Origin: Flaccisagitta enflata
Taxonomy: Eukaryota
Direction: 5' to 3'
Assembly: GCA_965153355.1 (NCBI GenBank)
Contig: OZ231126.1
Span: 25,048,001-25,112,000 of the forward strand
DNA: 64,000 nucleotides
In this document: piece by piece, positions 12,730 to 26,934 of the stretch
Layout: the number at the start of each line of letters is the position of its first letter
How positions within the stretch are numbered: the first letter of the stretch is position 1
Notes under the pieces: model-generated
Databases searched by the model: none
Seen by the model: the letters and a program-made list of their open reading frames with translations, nothing else
Told to the model about the DNA's origin: nothing
Position numbers and translations under genes: made by a program

Positions 12730-13609
12730 ACACACTCTCAGACAGAATGAAAGGAGGACAGAGAGAAATACAGAAGATACAGAAAGAGTCTGACAGATAG
12801 ACAGACAGCAACAGGCAAGAAGAAAAATTTGTCTTTCAAAGGCACACTGACAAAGTGATAGATGGGAAAACAAACCCAGGGTGAGACGGACAAAAATCAC
12901 ATTAACGACACCTTTGTGGATCATCAAACACTACAAACCATACACAACAGGGCCAAACTCAACGGAGAGAGAGAGGAGAATGAGAATGAGAGAGAGAGAG
13001 AGAAACCAACAGAGAAAGGCAGACAAACATTGATGGAGATACAAAGACAGAGCGAGAAAAAGAAAGAGAAAATAGACAGGCAGAGAAAGAGATAGATTAA
13101 ATAAACAGTATTATTACAAGTTTAAAGGCAACATTTGTAGTCTGTTTTTAACCGCTTTGGTGCATTCTTTTATTTCATTTTTGAATGAAATTACACTCGT
13201 GATTGGGAAGGAAAAAGAAAAGAAAAAGAAAAAGAAAAAAGATGATGATGAAGAAGAAAAAGAAAAAAGAAAAAGAAAAAGAAAAAGAAAAAGAAAAAGA
13301 AAAAGAAAAAGAGGAAAATCGAGTATAGTAGTCGAGGAAAAGGTAAAGAATCAGAAACCATAGAATTGACGAATAAAAGAAAAGCCAAGAAGGGATCGAA
13401 TTGAAAAGGAGGAAAGAATAAAAGGGGAATGAAAGGGGGAGGAAGAGGAGGAGAAGGGTAGGACAAGAAGAGAGAGAAACAGAAAGGCGAAAGAAAGGAA
13501 AAAGGGAAAGATGAGGAATTGTAAGGCAAATGATTCCGAGGGTTACTAATGGATGCTGAATACAAAAACGCGAGTCGCATCTCGCTTTTGCGCACATGGG
13601 ATTCGCCGC

Positions 13610-14700
13610 GCCTCCTTCATTTCTACCACGCCATCGCAAATGCACCAACTGCGTCAACCGATCCATCCGCAGTTAACATGAGGAAGATGGTGTCTGGGTG
13701 GCGTTTTTATCTGCAAGGCCTCTGGCATTCCTACCATGCCACTGTATTTACAAAAACTGCGTCAAACATATTACCAGACTTCTGCAGTTTATATGAGGAA
13801 GATGGTGTCCAGGTTGCGCTTTTATCTTCAAGGCCACCAGCATTTCCACCATGCCACAGTAGATGCACCAACTGCGTCAACCATCTTATCCGCAGTTTAC
13901 ATGAGGAAGGCGGTTACTAGGTGCCGTTTTTGTCTGCAAGGCATCTAATATTTCTACCACGCCTTTGTAGATGTAACAGAATCAGGTACTTTTTTATGTA
14001 AGACCTGTTACCAAATGAGTAAATTGACCCATCCGCAGTTAACATGAGAAAGATGGCGTCTAGGAGGGGTCCATATCTACAAGGCCTTCTTTATTTCTAA
14101 CATGCCATCGCAGTTGCACCAACTGCGTCAACCGTTTCATACTCAGTTAACATGTGGAAGATATTGTATAGGTGGCGTTTGCATCTGCAAGGCTTCAAAA
14201 GTTCTCTACTTTGTGTGTTCATTGCGTCCTCTGCTTGAGGAAATTAGCGTCAAGGTGATGTTTACATCTGCATGTGGCCCCTTCATTTCTACAATGCTAG
14301 TTCAGATGCGTCATGACTAACCCACATTAAGCTATCGACGCAGTCCAAAGATGTAGATGAGATTGGCCGCGCCACCTTCATTCTAACATTGTAATGGCGT
14401 TGTAAATGCACCAACTGAGTTTAACGGTGCCGTATGCAGGGAGCTTGACAAGTATTGTGTGAAGGAAATATTCCTATGTACACTTTCAGTTCTACCACGC
14501 CATCGTAAAGGCATAAACTGTCAAAGTGTCTAAGTGCCTTCATAGTATCTGTAAGGCGTAAGCCCACGCATTTCTACCACGTCAACACAAATGTACCAAT
14601 TACGTCAGCGGCAGCTTGATTAAGTCTGCATTTGCTTGCTTTATTATCACACCACACCAATACAACAGTGCGAACTGCGTCAAATGTCCCCTCTGCAGCT
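13610..14700. repeat. Diverged ~110-bp tandem repeat
   Basis: CATTTCTACCACGCCA..ATGCACCAACTGCGTCAA..CCGCAGTTAACATGAGGAAG..TCTGCAAGGC recurs at ~13618, 13727, 13841 and 13949, and more degraded to ~14700. Confidence 0.8.
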
Positions 14701-14806
14701 ATTTTGACAAAGGTTATACCTGTAAGATGTGTCAATTGTTTCGACGTATCAAACAATTTTTCTTTATGCGCAACTTTCACGCTAGTTTGTCCGTGCGTCA
14801 GATCGA

Positions 14807-14885
14807 TGTTTCTCCTGATCGATATTTCTCCTGATCGATATTTCTCCTGATCAAGGTTTCTCCTAATCGAGGTTTCTCCTGATCG
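14807..14885. repeat. 16-bp minisatellite (TTTCTCCTGATCGAKR) x5
   Basis: Direct inspection. Confidence 0.85.
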
Positions 14886-15010
14886 TCTTCTTGAAAAGGT
14901 GAGAGTCTGAATTTTTTATTCGCTTTGAAACAAAAATGATGAAAAATGATGCAAAACGGAACTCATTTGAGAATTGAACGGAAAAGATGCATCGGGAAAA
15001 AAAAACTAAG

Positions 15011-15123
<113 letters not shown>

Positions 15124-15251
15124 CTCTGTAAAAGCGTTTCTTTTCCCTTACTCACTTTGTCTGGATTATTCATTTTTCACTCATTTATTATTCAAAACAG
15201 ATGTTCCAAGTTATGCAGTTTCTCTCTCTCGGGTTTTTCCTCGAGGCTGGA

Positions 15252-15348
<97 letters not shown>

Positions 15349-15473
15349 CGGTCCCATCGGTAGGCGAGTCGGTCGGCGTGTCGGGCCGATGGGAAAAACA
15401 GTTTGCTCCTAAACATTTCCTTCGTTTATCATTGGAGTTTCGGCGGCCGGAAGCGACGCTGTCGTGGAACAAG

Positions 15474-15800
15474 ATGACGCTACCGAAGACCAATATGACG
15501 CTGCCAATAAACAAAATGACGCTGCCAGACCAATATGACGTTAGCAACTAAAAAATGATGCAGCCAAAGACCAATACAACACTGCCAATAATCAAAATGA
15601 TGCTTCCAGAGACCAATATGACGCTGCTGATAAAAATCAATATGACGCTGCCAATAAACAAAATGATGCTGCCAGCGACCAATATGACGCTGCTGATAAA
15701 CAAAATGACGCTACCAAAGACCAATGTGACGCTGCCAATAAAAAAAATGACGCTGCCAATATGACGTTGCCGTGGTACAATATCGAGTTGTTGACGCTAC
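15474..15800. repeat. 21-bp minisatellite with alternating units (ATGACGCTGCCAATAAACAAA / ATGACGCTGCCAGAGACCAAT)
   Basis: About 14 units with the ATGACGCTGCC core. Confidence 0.85.
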
Positions 15801-16550
15801 CGAAGAATAGTTCTACGATGCACAAGAACATCTTACACGGAGGATGAACAAAATGACGTCTTCGTTAATCAACTTTAGGGGACATCGTGTCACCACACCC
15901 ATTTTTTTTTAGTCTTTTTTTTCACTTATTTATTATACCTAGGAAGAAAACCGCAATGTTGACTTTCTTTGGTGTCAATGCCACCGAGGAATGGTGCCTA
16001 GGCTGGAATTTATATGTGGATAGAGTTGAGAGAGGCCTAAGAGCTTGATTGGAGTGAGAGTGGTAAGAGGTGGTAATGGGTGGGTAGAGTTGGGATAGGC
16101 TTAGTAGCTTGATAGGTGACAATTCAGGGTCAGTGTGAGGGTGGTAAGTGGTGGTTATGGACGGATAGAGTCGATAGGTGGCCTCATTCAATATCTAGCC
16201 TCATTGAGTAATTACAAATCGCATCAATTTTGCTTTTTCACAAAGTACAATTATCCCAAAACAAATATTCACCTCCAACCATTCATGTCTTTGTCACTAT
16301 TACGTTTCAGACTTCCAACGACGGGCCGAATCGTTCTAATAGATGCTGACCCACAGAGACGCATTTCTGTGGCTGAAAAAAGGTTAAAAGAAAGCAAATT
16401 TAAAGCAACAAACAACCAACAAAACGTCGTTGGAGCAACGACAACAACGGCAAGGCTGCTGGTGCTCCAGACAAAACAAAGTTAGAGTGGCCGAGAAAAA
16501 GACATGGCCTGCATCTTACGTGAAAGGTAAAAAGTCTCAAGAAAGGAAAC

Positions 16551-16602
<52 letters not shown>

Positions 16603-16671
16603 AGATGATGAATTTGTCCCACTTCCTTCCTCAATCAACTCGAATATGCAAGCCATGGAAGGATAGATTGT

Positions 16672-16702
<31 letters not shown>

Positions 16703-16819
16703 AGTGTCTGTGTAAAAGAGTGATGATTCGTTTTCTCTCCCGTGAATGTCGCTTCTTCTAATGATGCTATGCAAGAAAAGTCTCAGAGGGAGAGGAAAAA
16801 GTGAAACAATGAAAGAAAA

Positions 16820-17158
16820 TAACGAGCCCGACCGGGCAAAGATGCGTCCTGACTGTGTCCTTACGTGTATTAACTATGCCGATCGACATGTCAGATGTAT
16901 GGAAGGTCTGATAGAAGGACGGAAAGAGAGATAAAACGACCTCAAAGCATACTAAAGACCGTTTGATTTGATACGAAACATCCCCACGGCTGAAAAGTGC
17001 CGAAAACTTCGATTCTTAAGGAAGCGTAACGGATAGACGGACGGACGGACGGACGGACGAACGGACGGACCGAGGGACGGCAGGACCGAGGGATGGACCA
17101 ACTGACGGACGAATGGACCCTCTTTCAGAGATGCGTTCCCGATGGACGCATCGAAAAA
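16820..17158 (-). mobile_element. HINE-like element, family A variant
   Basis: (GACG)n tract, then hairpin GATGCGTtcccgatggACGCATC and an A-run; the far boundary is approximate. Confidence 0.55.
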
Positions 17159-17308
17159 GAAAAGAGAAAAAAATGAAATAAAGTGGAGCGATGAAGAAAA
17201 AAAAGCGATGAGATTATAAGTAAAGAAGTAAAGATGGAAAAAAGTAAAGAAAGAAAAAAAAGAAAGAAAGAAAGAAAGAAAGAGAGAAAGAAAGAAAGAA
17301 AGAAAGAT

Positions 17309-17375
<67 letters not shown>

Positions 17376-17376
17376 G

Positions 17377-17439
<63 letters not shown>

Positions 17440-17659
17440 AAAAAAGAAAGAAAGAAAAAAAAAGAAAGATAAAAAGAAAAAGGGAGATAAAAAGGGTCTG
17501 ATAAAAAAAATCTTGGAAGAGACATATCAGGAATAAGGAAGTAAAAAGAGGAAAGAAAAAAATGAAGAGAGAAAAAAAGGAGGAAAAATAAAGACAATGA
17601 CATAGAAAGCTTGCCCAGAGAGACAGACAGATGGAAAGAAAGAAAGAAAGAAAGAAATA

Positions 17660-17723
<64 letters not shown>

Positions 17724-17753
17724 AATAAAGAAAGCGAAAGAAAGAAAGAAAGT

Positions 17754-17911
17754 AAACAAGGCCGGATACACGGCTTCGCGTTGGTGGTGAGAGGCAATGT
17801 TGAGTTCCAGAGCATTTGAGCAGAAACAGTGAGCCAAAGACCACAAAACATAAAAAAAGTAGGACCGACCAAACAACGGACGGACATAGGAGTCAAATAT
17901 CATGACTAAAA
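17754..17911 (-). mobile_element. Family A HINE-like element inside an (AAAG)n field
   Basis: AAACAAGGCCGGATACACGGC ... GACC/GACG ... GACTAAAA. Confidence 0.65.
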
Positions 17912-17961
17912 GAAAGCAAGAAAGAAAGAAAGAAAAGAATGAAAGAAAGAAAGAAAGAAAA

Positions 17962-18065
<104 letters not shown>

Positions 18066-18249
18066 TCGAAGGCAGGAAACCGTAAGGGGAGTTATTTGGA
18101 CAAACAATGCATCTTTCATTTGTGGAGACGTTATCTCGCTGTAAAAGTTAAGAGAGTTTCAATAGAAGGTCGTTAAGAGAAGAATCAGGGGATAATCAAG
18201 GAAACGAAACTTCAAGTTGATGAGACGGAAATACGCGCCGTTGCCTAAG

Positions 18250-18620
18250 CCGATATACACGCCGATGAGGAGGTTCTCGAGGTCTAGCGTGGCGAGGAAT
18301 CTAGAAGGGGGGGAGGGGGTTGGCTTGATGGGGTTGGTGGGGGGATGGTGGCCATTGCCGGAGACTTTTTATGTGCCGATGAGGAGGTTCTAGAGGGAAT
18401 CTAGAAGGGGAAGTGGGGTTGGCTTGATGAGGGTGGTGGGGGGGGGGGGATACGGCCACTGCCTAGGACGCTATATTTGCCAATGAGGAGGTTCTCGGGG
18501 TCTAGCGTGGTGAGGGAATCTAGAAGGGGGAGTGTGGTTGGCTTGATAGGGGTGGGTGGGGGTGGGGAAGATGGCCGTTGTATACGCCGAGGGAGCGGTT
18601 CTCTAATTCTAACTTAATTA
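18250..18620. repeat. Diverged ~100-120-bp G-rich tandem repeat (3-4 units)
   Basis: GCCGATGAGGAGGTTCTC..GAATCTAGAAGGGG..GGTTGGCTTGAT..GGCC recurs. Confidence 0.75.
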
Positions 18621-21559
18621 GGGAGTCCAGGAGGGATAGAAGGGGGTAGGTGGAAAGGGAGGAGCGGGTAACAGGGATGACGCCATGGCGAGAGAATGTG
18701 TTTAAAATTATAGGGGAATTCAAGGTAAAGCACAAACAAAGAAGGAGGACAAAATCAAAAATGTAGTTTTTTTCTTTTGCGTTTTTTTTCCTTGCACTTT
18801 TTTGGGAACCAGTGGGTATAACCTTAAAGTTAAAGAGTGTTACACGCGAAACGAGAATTACAATCTGTGGACAGAACAAGATGTGGAAATCTGTAGAGCT
18901 AAGAAAAGTTTATAAAAAACTACACAACGTAACCTGTTCACGACTCAAGAAGGCGAACAGAGAAAATGGGAACAGAGTCGGAAACAAACGCTCTGTCGAG
19001 TCTGCAGAGAGACTTGAGTGGTATTAATGATAAAGTGGTAATTAAAACATCTTTCTTCAGCGAGGACAAGATTTATCACCGTTTGTGTATGAGAAATGTT
19101 GAAGGAAACAAGAGGAATATAAATGGTGCTAAAAACGATTAATGGATCTCACGAAAAATAGAAACCCCAAATTGAAAATCATGGAATCACGCAGTCTGCG
19201 GGAGAAAAAAAACTGCTTTGTGGTCAAAATGATAGTCTTCTTTGTTTTTTTGTTATTCAAATGTGGAATTATATCGTTATTATTACTTTTTGTTGGCAGT
19301 GATGACACCGAAAACTCGATTGACCGTTTAGCTGCACAGACATTGAAAGAGTAAGCTCTAGTTGCTGCTCTATTACACCTCAACATGGGAGAAACAGCTC
19401 TGTGGACAAAAGCAGTGGTCTCACTCTTTCAAATGGCAATGCATAGAAAGTGCCGATTTAACATCCACTCTGAATTCGTTGACTTTCTCTCAGACTCTCG
19501 GCATAATGATGATTGTTGTCGTTTTAAATCTTTCAACGCTTCAACGCTGAATCTAACAGAGATGGAATCAAAATGGAAAAGAATGTAAGGGTAGGGGAAT
19601 TGTATTTTTTGCCTTGATTCTCCATCTTGATTAGCCGAAAGTTCCAAGGTGCTGTTGACTGCTTATTACACCGGACTTACAGAATATGGAGGAGCAAGGA
19701 GCGCCACTCCTCGGAGGGACAGGAAGCTTTTCGGAAGAACTTGGAAGAAAAAAAGTGAGAGGGGAAGGCTGAAGGATAGACTGAAAGAAGTGAATGAATG
19801 CGAAAATGCTTCTGGGAAGGAGGGTGAGCTGTCACGGAAAAGAAAAGTTATGGAAGCCAGAAATGATGACAAGCCAAACAGGCCAACAGTCGTATGCTCC
19901 GTTTTACAATTACACACACAACTCCGTAAACACATACTCCTTCCTTTCTTCATTCCTTCCTTCCTCCCTTCTTTCCTTCCTCCCTCCCTCCATCCCTTCC
20001 TTCCTTCATTCCTTCCTTCCACTCCTTCCTTTCATTCTCTCTTCCTTCATTCCATTCCTCCCTTCCTCCCTTTCCTTCCTCCCTATCTTTCTTCCATTCT
20101 TTCCTTCTTTCCTTCTTTCCTTCTTTCCTTCCTCCCTTCCTTCCTTACTTCCTTCCTTCCTTCCTTCCTTCCTTCCTTTTTTCCTTCCTTCCTTCCTTTC
20201 TTCCTTCTTTCCTTCTATCCTCCCTCCCTTCCTTCCTTCCTTCCTTCCTTTCTTCCTTCCATCCTTCCTTCCTTTCCTCAATTGCTTCCTTCAATTCCCT
20301 CCTTACAACAATTTTTTTTACGTTAAAATACCCTTAAAAGACCAAAGTTTTAAAATGTGATGGACGGACGGATAAACCAATGGATGGACCAACAGACCAA
20401 CAGACCAACTGTCCAACCAACACAGCAAGGTGCAGAGTCTCGTGCACGTGACCAAAAAAATGCAATGCAATAGGTTAAGAAGCAATTGAAGCAATTGCTG
20501 CATCGATAACCTAATTTGCATAATGAAGTTATAAGATTGCTGTTCTTTATGTTGGCAAACATTTGAATTACACTTTACTGGAATCAAAGCTAGGTAAAGC
20601 AACTATGCTGTTTTGATTATGTTTAGATATATAAAATGCATTTTTATTTGAAAAAAAATCAGTGTAGTTTTACCGATTTAGAAGTTTTGAAATAGGTGAT
20701 TACAGTATCCTGTACAAATAATGTAAAAAAACTACATTGATCGAAATTACGACAGATCTAATGCCAGTGCCAAGTTGGGTCGAATGATGACGGGCAGTTC
20801 TCCTGACAGCCTGGCTATGAGGCTACATTTTCCTACGGCAAGCCGGCAGAAAGGGCAGACGGGCCTCAATGACGGAGTCAAATTAGTGAGTCTGGTGTTC
20901 ACTTTTGGAAAGTTTCAATAATGAAAACTGGAATTTTTGTAAAACTCTTGTAAAACTCTTGGAAACTGTTGGAAAATGAAAACCTCACGTCGGAGAGTTT
21001 GAATAAAATGAATGACTAGAGTGCACACCAGTTATCTCACTGATAATTGTAATTCAGTTTTAAACCAAAGGTTCGAGATGGCGCTTTCTTCCACCCCATT
21101 CATGATTAAGCCAACTGAGATCAGAGCTTGTTTAATATCCATTAATACATTGTGAAGTACTCAACAAGAGCTAATAGATACTTGGAAAAGTTCCAAATTC
21201 ACCGGTTGAAACATTCGTTTTGTTAAGGGGTTCTAACACGATTATGATCATTTTCCCAGTTCGTCTAAATCTGAGAGGAGTGCTAGTGAGTCCATACATG
21301 CAAAATTCATAGTCAACTTTATAGGCTCGACGTTCCGCTTTAGTACTTCTTAATAGTGTTGTTATCTTTACCGTTCCTCTGAAGAGTGTGATCCAGTTGA
21401 CGCATGGCGCTGCCCCCCTCCCCCCATAGGGCCCCCATTCTTACCCTCAATTCCACACATCTTTAAGTTCTGTATGGTAGTCTGGTATGTGTAATGTTAA
21501 GCTCATTGTGTCCCCCCTCTTGGAAAAGTAGGGGAAGCAAAAAACGAAAAAAAAACCGG

Positions 21560-21616
<57 letters not shown>

Positions 21617-21821
21617 CCAGGAGGTGAAACATCAAGGCTGTGACGCGGAAAAAGGAAAACCAGCCGAGCAAACGCTAGTGTCAAAGGTATTGGCCGCTGT
21701 TGAGATAGACAGAGAAAGAGAGAGAGGAGCTGAGACTGCGACCAAGAGAGACTGAACAGAGAGAGACTGAGTCAGAGAGAGACTGAGACAGAGACGGAGA
21801 CAGGGACAGATACAGAGAGAC

Positions 21822-22046
21822 ACCGACCGACCGACCGACCGACCGACCGACCGACCGACCGACCGACCGACCGACCGACCGACCGACCGACCGACCGACC
21901 CGACCGACCCACCGACCGACCGACCGACCGACCGACCGACCGACCGACCGACCGACCGACCGACCGACCGACCGACCGACCGACCGACCGACCGACCGAC
22001 CGACCGACCGACCGACCGACCGACCGACCGACCGACCGACCGACCG
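21822..22046. repeat. (CCGA)n microsatellite
   Basis: About 225 bp, nearly pure. Confidence 0.95.
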
Positions 22047-22223
22047 ATAGACAGACAGCGGACAGACAGACAGACACACAGACAGACAGACAGACAGACA
22101 AACAGAGAAGGAATGGAAGAAAAAGAAAAACAGAAACAGAAACAGAAAGAAAGAGGAAGAGAGCGACAGGCAAACAGACAGAGAGGAAGAGAAAGTAAGA
22201 AAGATAGAAAGTAAAACAGACTG

Positions 22224-22583
22224 AAACCAGTCGACCAAGGGCAATATGTGGTCAGCGATACCCGTTGCCCTGCCTTGCATGTTGGTGATTGTAGGTGATG
22301 GGTAGCAGGGCAGCGGCCCCGAAGGGGACAATGTCCTGTAGAACACAGGGGGACTTTTGTTTGTTCGTCTGTCCGTCCTTCTGTCCGTCTGGGCCTCGAA
22401 GCTGGGATTTGAGCCTCGCAGATGGAATTTGAGCCAGGAGGCTGGGATTTTAGCCTGGAGGCTGGGATTTGAGCCTGGAGGCTGGGATTTGAGCCCAGAA
22501 GCTGGGATTGGGATTGGGACGAACTAACAAAAATCCCCCTGTGTTCTACAGGACATCGTCCCCTTCGGAGCCGCTGCCCAAAA
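22224..22583 (-). mobile_element. Family B HINE-like element with 21-bp internal repeats
   Basis: GGGCAGCGGCCCCGAAGGGGACAATGTCCTGTAGAACACAGGGGGA with its inverted copy ending GCTGCCCAAAA; (GGAGGCTGGGATTTGAGCC)-type units. Confidence 0.8.
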
Positions 22584-23107
22584 GAGACTATAATCTCGTG
22601 GTGTCTCGGGGTAACATGGGTGCTGGTGAAGAAGTGATGATGATTGAGTCAGCTTGGATGAATTTTTTAGGGTCACGGGAGTTTATGGTGAAGCACGGTC
22701 TCAGACTGGGATTATGTTGAAACTGGAGTATCACAGATGATCACGCTCTAACTTAAGTGAAGGAATAGAGTTAAAAGTATGTTGGTGTCGATAGATTACC
22801 AATGTAGTAGTAAACTATCTTTCTTATTTTACCTTTGCCTATCCACAAGCCGTGAGTAGGCTAGTAAAGAATTGATTGGTAGATTTATTATGAAATATTA
22901 GGTCGATAGGCACAATAGGTTTTGGTTAGCAAAGAGAATAAGGAGATTTTGCTATGGTTTTTGCGTTTTGCGAACAAGGAAGGACAAAAAGATTCGAGGC
23001 TCATGGGTTTAACTGCTGTTGTGAGATTTTAACCTGTGAGTGTATGGTCGTGAGTGCGAGTGGCCGTATTCATCGCTGTGTGAGCTGGTAATTTAGTTCC
23101 TGTGTGT

Positions 23108-23196
<89 letters not shown>

Positions 23197-23962
23197 CGTA
23201 TTTTTTGTATTCATATGTGCCAAATAGGGTGGGCATTGAAAGGTGGTAGACCACTTAATGCCTCCAGTTATCATTGTAATGAGATTTGCCAAGCTTCATG
23301 AGTCATGATCCTCTGACAAGGTCGTGATAGGGCCGCACCCCTTATTTACTCAATGATGAGAAAACCTATGAAAATTTTGCTCCAATGAAGCGCCCATTGA
23401 ATAGCTATTTAAAAGGGAGGGGGTTTGGTCCTACCAGAACTTCGTCAGAGGAGCATGAAACCTTGCAAAAATTGATTTAATATAGAATGTAGGCATTACA
23501 AAGAGGGACATATATTTCCGTACTCTATCACTTCTCCTTGCCCACCCTGGTGCAAGTATCTGCGTATTGGTTCTTTTTCCCCTCCTCTCTCTCCTCTCCC
23601 TTTTCTCTCCTTTTGATGGTCACAAGACTTCGGGGCGACGATTAATAACCAATTTTGGTCGAGGCAAAGCAAAAGAGGAAAAAAACGGGAACAGGTTTAA
23701 TTTTTCACGCTGTCAACCTCGGGTCACTTCGAGTTTAAAAGGTGAGCAATAATGTTAAAGCAGATTGGCCATTTCAAGGCTCTTTCCGTTCCCGACGGGC
23801 TTTGCCTTTGCCGATCCCTAGAAACCCATTATGGATTTTTGCGTGTGTTTTTTTTCCCTATATTTTTTTCTTTTCCTCTTTTTTTATCCTTACCTTCTTT
23901 TTACTCTACTTCTTGCGTAAGCAAAAAAAGGCACTCGAAACATAGACGGAAATAACTTTTTG

Positions 23963-24212
<250 letters not shown>

Positions 24213-24637
24213 TTACACACTTCTAACTAACATTCCTCACCCAACCCCAGGGGGTAGGTTTCCCCCCCCCTCCCCCCCCCACACACCGCCTTTTTGGCAA
24301 TCACCTGGCCGCTGAGAAGCGCGTGCCGTTTAATCGATGACACCATCAGCGAGGATCGACCCCTCAGTCGCGAATTTGCATGAAGCAAGCGCGAATTCCG
24401 TACCCCAAACTTGAAAAATGGCCTCTTAAACCCGGAGAAAAGGATTTTCTTTGCGGAAGAGGAGGAAGAGAAGGTGGCGGTGGAGGAGGGAGAAGAGGGA
24501 GAAGAGGGAGAAGAGGGAGGGGGAGGGGGGTTAAGCGACAATAGTCTCTGTTACGCGAGAATGATGTTTAAGGAAACGGTCGATGCGGATTTAGAAAGCA
24601 AAACATAGGAAGGAAAAATATCAGAATTCCACCTATA

Positions 24638-25011
24638 CTACGCGAATTAAAAAAAAGACGCACCTTTTATTTGCTGATAAACTGACTTAAAAAAATGTTT
24701 AAAAATTATTTTTCATTCCAGACCAATCCCAGATCTGTATCTTTGACGGTTTAGGAGCTAGAGCTCTCTAAAGTGAGACACCGTTTTGCTGAATTGCATC
24801 TTTTTCAAAGGGACTGCAAAAACATATTTTGCAACATTTTTACTCCAACTAATGCCATTTCTAAACGAAAAAAGATAGAGATACCAGATTAGCGCCAAAT
24901 GAAAAAGTTTTTCAAGGGTTTCAAAATGGTCCAAGATTTTAATTAGTTTTATTTATTTTCAATGACGCAATCAACAATTCAAAAGTGCGTCTTTCTTTTT
25001 AATTCGTATAG
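24638..25011. mobile_element. Tc1/mariner-type MITE, TA TSD
   Basis: TA|CTACGCGAATTAAAAAAAAGACGCAC ... GTGCGTCTTTCTTTTTAATTCGTATAG|TA. Confidence 0.75.
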
Positions 25012-26011
25012 TATTAGATCAAATTAGTTGGTCCCTTGAATTCCGATAAGAGCGGGATTTGACTGAAGGGTGTTAAAAATACACGAGGTGAGGGAAAAAC
25101 GGTGTGGGCTTTACGACATTAATGACATAACTACAGACTGGTGACGGGATGCATAGAGAAATTGGAAATTCTTGTCATGAGATCTATGGGCAAAAAAAAC
25201 AAAAAACATTGACTTATGAAGATTGCTGCATCTGAACAAATGGCGCTACTGATCAGGTGGCCAGGGTAAAGATTGCATCGTACGTGGGATAGGAAGTGAA
25301 ATTTGAAATTAGAAATTAGTGTATTGTGAAAATGACTTGTAGACCCAAAGGAAGGTGGAGCAATGAAGGAAAGAAAAGGACAAAGTTAAGTCCGAGGAGG
25401 CTGACGGAAACACGGAAATATTTGGGGGGAAAAAAAGGAAGAAAAGAAAGGAAAGCTTTGAGTAATAAGAAGGACGAGACAGAATGATGACCACGGGAGG
25501 GGGGCATGGCATGGTGGTTTTGGTTTTGGTCTGAAAGTGGTAGGGGCTTCTTTCTTGGTTTAGGATGTATCACTTTGTGAAGGACAGGATTTGGGAAGGG
25601 GGGGGGGGCAACGAGTTGTCGAAGAAGGATTTAGTCAAGAACGTGACCAGAAGATGAAAATGAAGGAAAGTCTGGAAAGAGGCAAAGTGAATTTGGTGGC
25701 GCTGACGGTCGAAGCCGCGAAAGAGGTCAAAATCACCATAGTTACTGCCAATGCAATTCAAAATGAGGCCTCCTCTACTTCCTTTCCAGAAATATCCAAC
25801 ACGAGTTGGCGGGAGTTTGCGCTGATGATGATAGGGTGTGTTGTCGAAAGAGGGGAACGTGGGGGGGATGGGAAAGACATAAGAAGGATAAAATGAGAGA
25901 TTCATTCCGTATTCTTAATCCCTCGTCTCCCTCAAAATTCTGTATCCAGCCGTTTCTGTCTATCTTTTTCACTTTCTAACAGATCTGTCTTTCTGTCTGT
26001 CTGTCTCTGTC

Positions 26012-26172
<161 letters not shown>

Positions 26173-26934
26173 ATCTTCTCATTTTCTAATACCCAGTTTC
26201 GTTTTTTAATCTCGCGTCATTTTCTCATTTGCTGCCGGGTTCTCCTGCCCGCGGCCAAAATGTCATCCTGTTTTTTTTCCTCTTTTCCTTCTTCTCCTCT
26301 TTTCCTCTTTTCCAACTTCTTGTCTTCTTCACTTCTTTTTTCTTCTTACGTTTTTCTATCTCCTTCTCATAAAATTTATTTTCTTCGCCTTCCTTTAATC
26401 TTTAATACTTCGCGCTTTCTTTTTCCTTTTTCTTTTTTCCTATTTTCTTTTCCATTTTTTTTTTAAATCGTCTTTTCTACATTTCCTTTTCTTTTTCTTC
26501 CTCTTTTCATTTATTTTGTTCTGTGTCTTATTCCTCTTTCATACTTGCTACTTCTCCAATTCTTCTGCCTTTCCTTTTCTTCTGCCTCTTCTTTTTTATT
26601 CATTTATATTTTTGTTTTCTTCTTCTTCCTCGTTTTTTTTCCTTTTCCTCGTTTTTTTCTGTTTCTTTTTCTTGTTCTTACTTTTCTTCTTCTCCTTCTT
26701 CTTTTTCTTTTTCTTTTTCTTTTTCTTTTTCTTTTTCTTTTTCTTTTTCTTTTTCTTTTTCTTTTTCTTCTTCTTCTTCTTCTTCTTCTTCTTTTTCTTT
26801 TTCTTTTTCTTCTTCTTCTTCTTCTTCTTCTTCTTCTTCTTCTTCTTCTTCTTCTTCTCCTTTTTCTTCTTCTTCTTCTTCTCCTTCTTTTTCTTTTTCT
26901 TTTTCTTTTTCTTTTTCTTTTCTTTCTTCTCTTC

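Noticed and set aside
16135-16485. GRIVLIDADPQ, similar to a ParA/MinD motif
   Set aside because: No deviant Walker A (KGGxGKT) at the right spacing and no further similarity; probably chance.
25570-25905. Overlapping ~100-aa ORFs on both strands
   Set aside because: No recognisable motif and no convincing splice-site pair.
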